Positions 62,853 to 64,000 of a stretch of DNA of 64,000 nucleotides are shown in pieces. Under the pieces are notes generated by a model, which was not told the DNA's origin, searched no databases, and saw only the letters and a list, made by a program, of their open reading frames with translations. The stretch's first letter is position 1, and every line of letters starts with the position of its first letter. The position numbers and the translations under genes were made by a program. Source of the DNA: Histomonas meleagridis 2922-C6/04-290x (taxonomy: Eukaryota > Protista > Parabasalia); the NCBI GenBank assembly GCA_020184695.1, contig JAANOX010000161.1, forward strand, positions 2,089-66,088, given 5' to 3'.

Positions 62853-63195
62853 TTGTTTTGATAAAGTTAATTGATATATTTTGTTGCGTAAAATTTAAAA
62901 ATTTTTGAAGATTTATTTTAAAAATTATGTTTCAATAATAAATTCTTTAATATATGGTATATATAAATTACTGTATAAATAAATTTGGGAATATGTTGAG
63001 ATTTTTCACTGTTTTTGTTTTTCTCTATGTGATATATAACTGATATGAAACATGATACATCGGAATGAACAGATGTTGATGTAATTATAAACGTAAAGTA
63101 TCCAATATTTGATATAAACCGCATATTAAAATCTGAGAATTGTAAAATTGAATTGAATTCAATGCTTTATTTCCTATTATCAAATTTGATTCTGA

Positions 63196-64000
63196 ATGGA
63201 AAGGAACAAAGTTGAGTACACCGTTCAGAATGATGATACCCTTCAATTAATTGCCCTCAAATTTGGTGTTCCAATTTTTTCTATCAGGCAAATTAATAAT
63301 ATCCAGGATGTAATTCCTGGTGATAAAATAATCATTGAACTTGATTCAACACTAAATAATTTGAATCCAATTGACTCACAGATATTTAATCGCCCAGCGC
63401 CGATTAATGGATTATTACTTTTACTTGATGAATGTATTCGTTTTGATCCATATTCAAAATCAATAAAACCAATCACTATTGACATCAAGGGTCTTGTTGC
63501 ATCCACTATAGAACCACATCCATGTGAACTTTTTAGTTTTCCAGATGAAGTTATCAGCGAAGATTCACTATCATTACTAACAGTTTATTTTCTCTATATA
63601 TTAGATGATGACACATCTCTTGATACATACGTTTTTACTGGCAAGCTATCTGAGCTTACCGAATATCAGAAAGTTCTTGAAACTCGTGCTGCAAAATTAC
63701 AAGCAGAAATTAACTATACACCTCCACCACTTACGAAATTCATGACTCCGCCCGAAAAGTCTAAAAAGTCCATAGAGAAGCCTGCTTTTTCAGATGGTGA
63801 ATCATCGATACTTGATAGCTCATCATCAATTCCGCTTCGCTCCTCTCTACCTTTACGCTTCAAGACACTCAAATGGTTTTTGAAGTATCGGCTTTCACGT
63901 GATGGCGTCTCATATCAAGCTCTTTCTTCAACACTTAAAAGAATTCGTTCATGTGTAATTCTGATAAAGACTTCCACGGGAGATACAATTGGATTTTTCT
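63196..64000 (+). CDS. LysM + TLDc (OXR1/NCOA7-like) protein, 3'-partial
   Basis: MERNKVEYTVQNDDTLQLIALKFGV...IRQIN is a LysM domain. The frame stays open to the window end with TLDc start KYRLSRDGVSY...ILIKT..GDTIGFF. Missing from the ORF track. Confidence 0.88.
   Translation, partial: MERNKVEYTVQNDDTLQLIALKFGVPIFSIRQINNIQDVIPGDKIIIELDSTLNNLNPIDSQIFNRPAPINGLLLLLDECIRFDPYSKSIKPITIDIKGLVASTIEPHPCELFSFPDEVISEDSLSLLTVYFLYILDDDTSLDTYVFTGKLSELTEYQKVLETRAAKLQAEINYTPPPLTKFMTPPEKSKKSIEKPAFSDGESSILDSSSSIPLRSSLPLRFKTLKWFLKYRLSRDGVSYQALSSTLKRIRSCVILIKTSTGDTIGFF

Noticed and set aside
240-63506. Numerous short ORF-track calls antisense to or overlapping real genes (e.g. 240-494, 7938-8159, 12511-12834, 31638-31982, 47509-47901, 63243-63506)
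   Set aside because: Shadow frames of well-supported genes, with no independent motifs.
2-64000. Alternative genetic code explaining the stops
   Set aside because: Conserved genes end at TAA, TAG or TGA and have no in-frame stops; stops appear only in spacers and relics, along with frameshifts.

Overview
AT-rich, gene-dense eukaryotic DNA, almost certainly from a parabasalid (trichomonad-type). This rests on DUF3447-ankyrin and BspA families, intronless housekeeping genes, and T. vaginalis-like core-promoter motifs (M3 GACCGTT, M5 CCTTT, Inr). The window holds about 40 protein genes, including a giant multi-vWA protein, GMP synthase, UBC12, VAMP7-like, NEK, calmodulin-like, PDI-like, RPS24, RPN11, SEC15, 14-3-3, PMS2-like, Rab/Ras GTPases, a rhomboid pseudoprotease, GT61, two TLDc genes, BspA and a DH-PH-Kelch RhoGEF. 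It also holds two tRNA-Lys(CTT) genes, a decayed IS1595/Merlin-type transposase and several gene relics. The most unusual feature is a family of five ankyrin arrays plus one solo unit. In these, every ~90-nt stop-free ankyrin segment is separated by a conserved AT-rich spacer (mostly 80 nt, giving an exact 170-bp period). The spacer breaks the frame, occurs in all three phases, carries a conserved hairpin and lacks consistent GT-AG or ACTAAC splice signals. It is a candidate non-canonical intron or recoding system. Species, domain calls and splice junctions could not be verified by database search.
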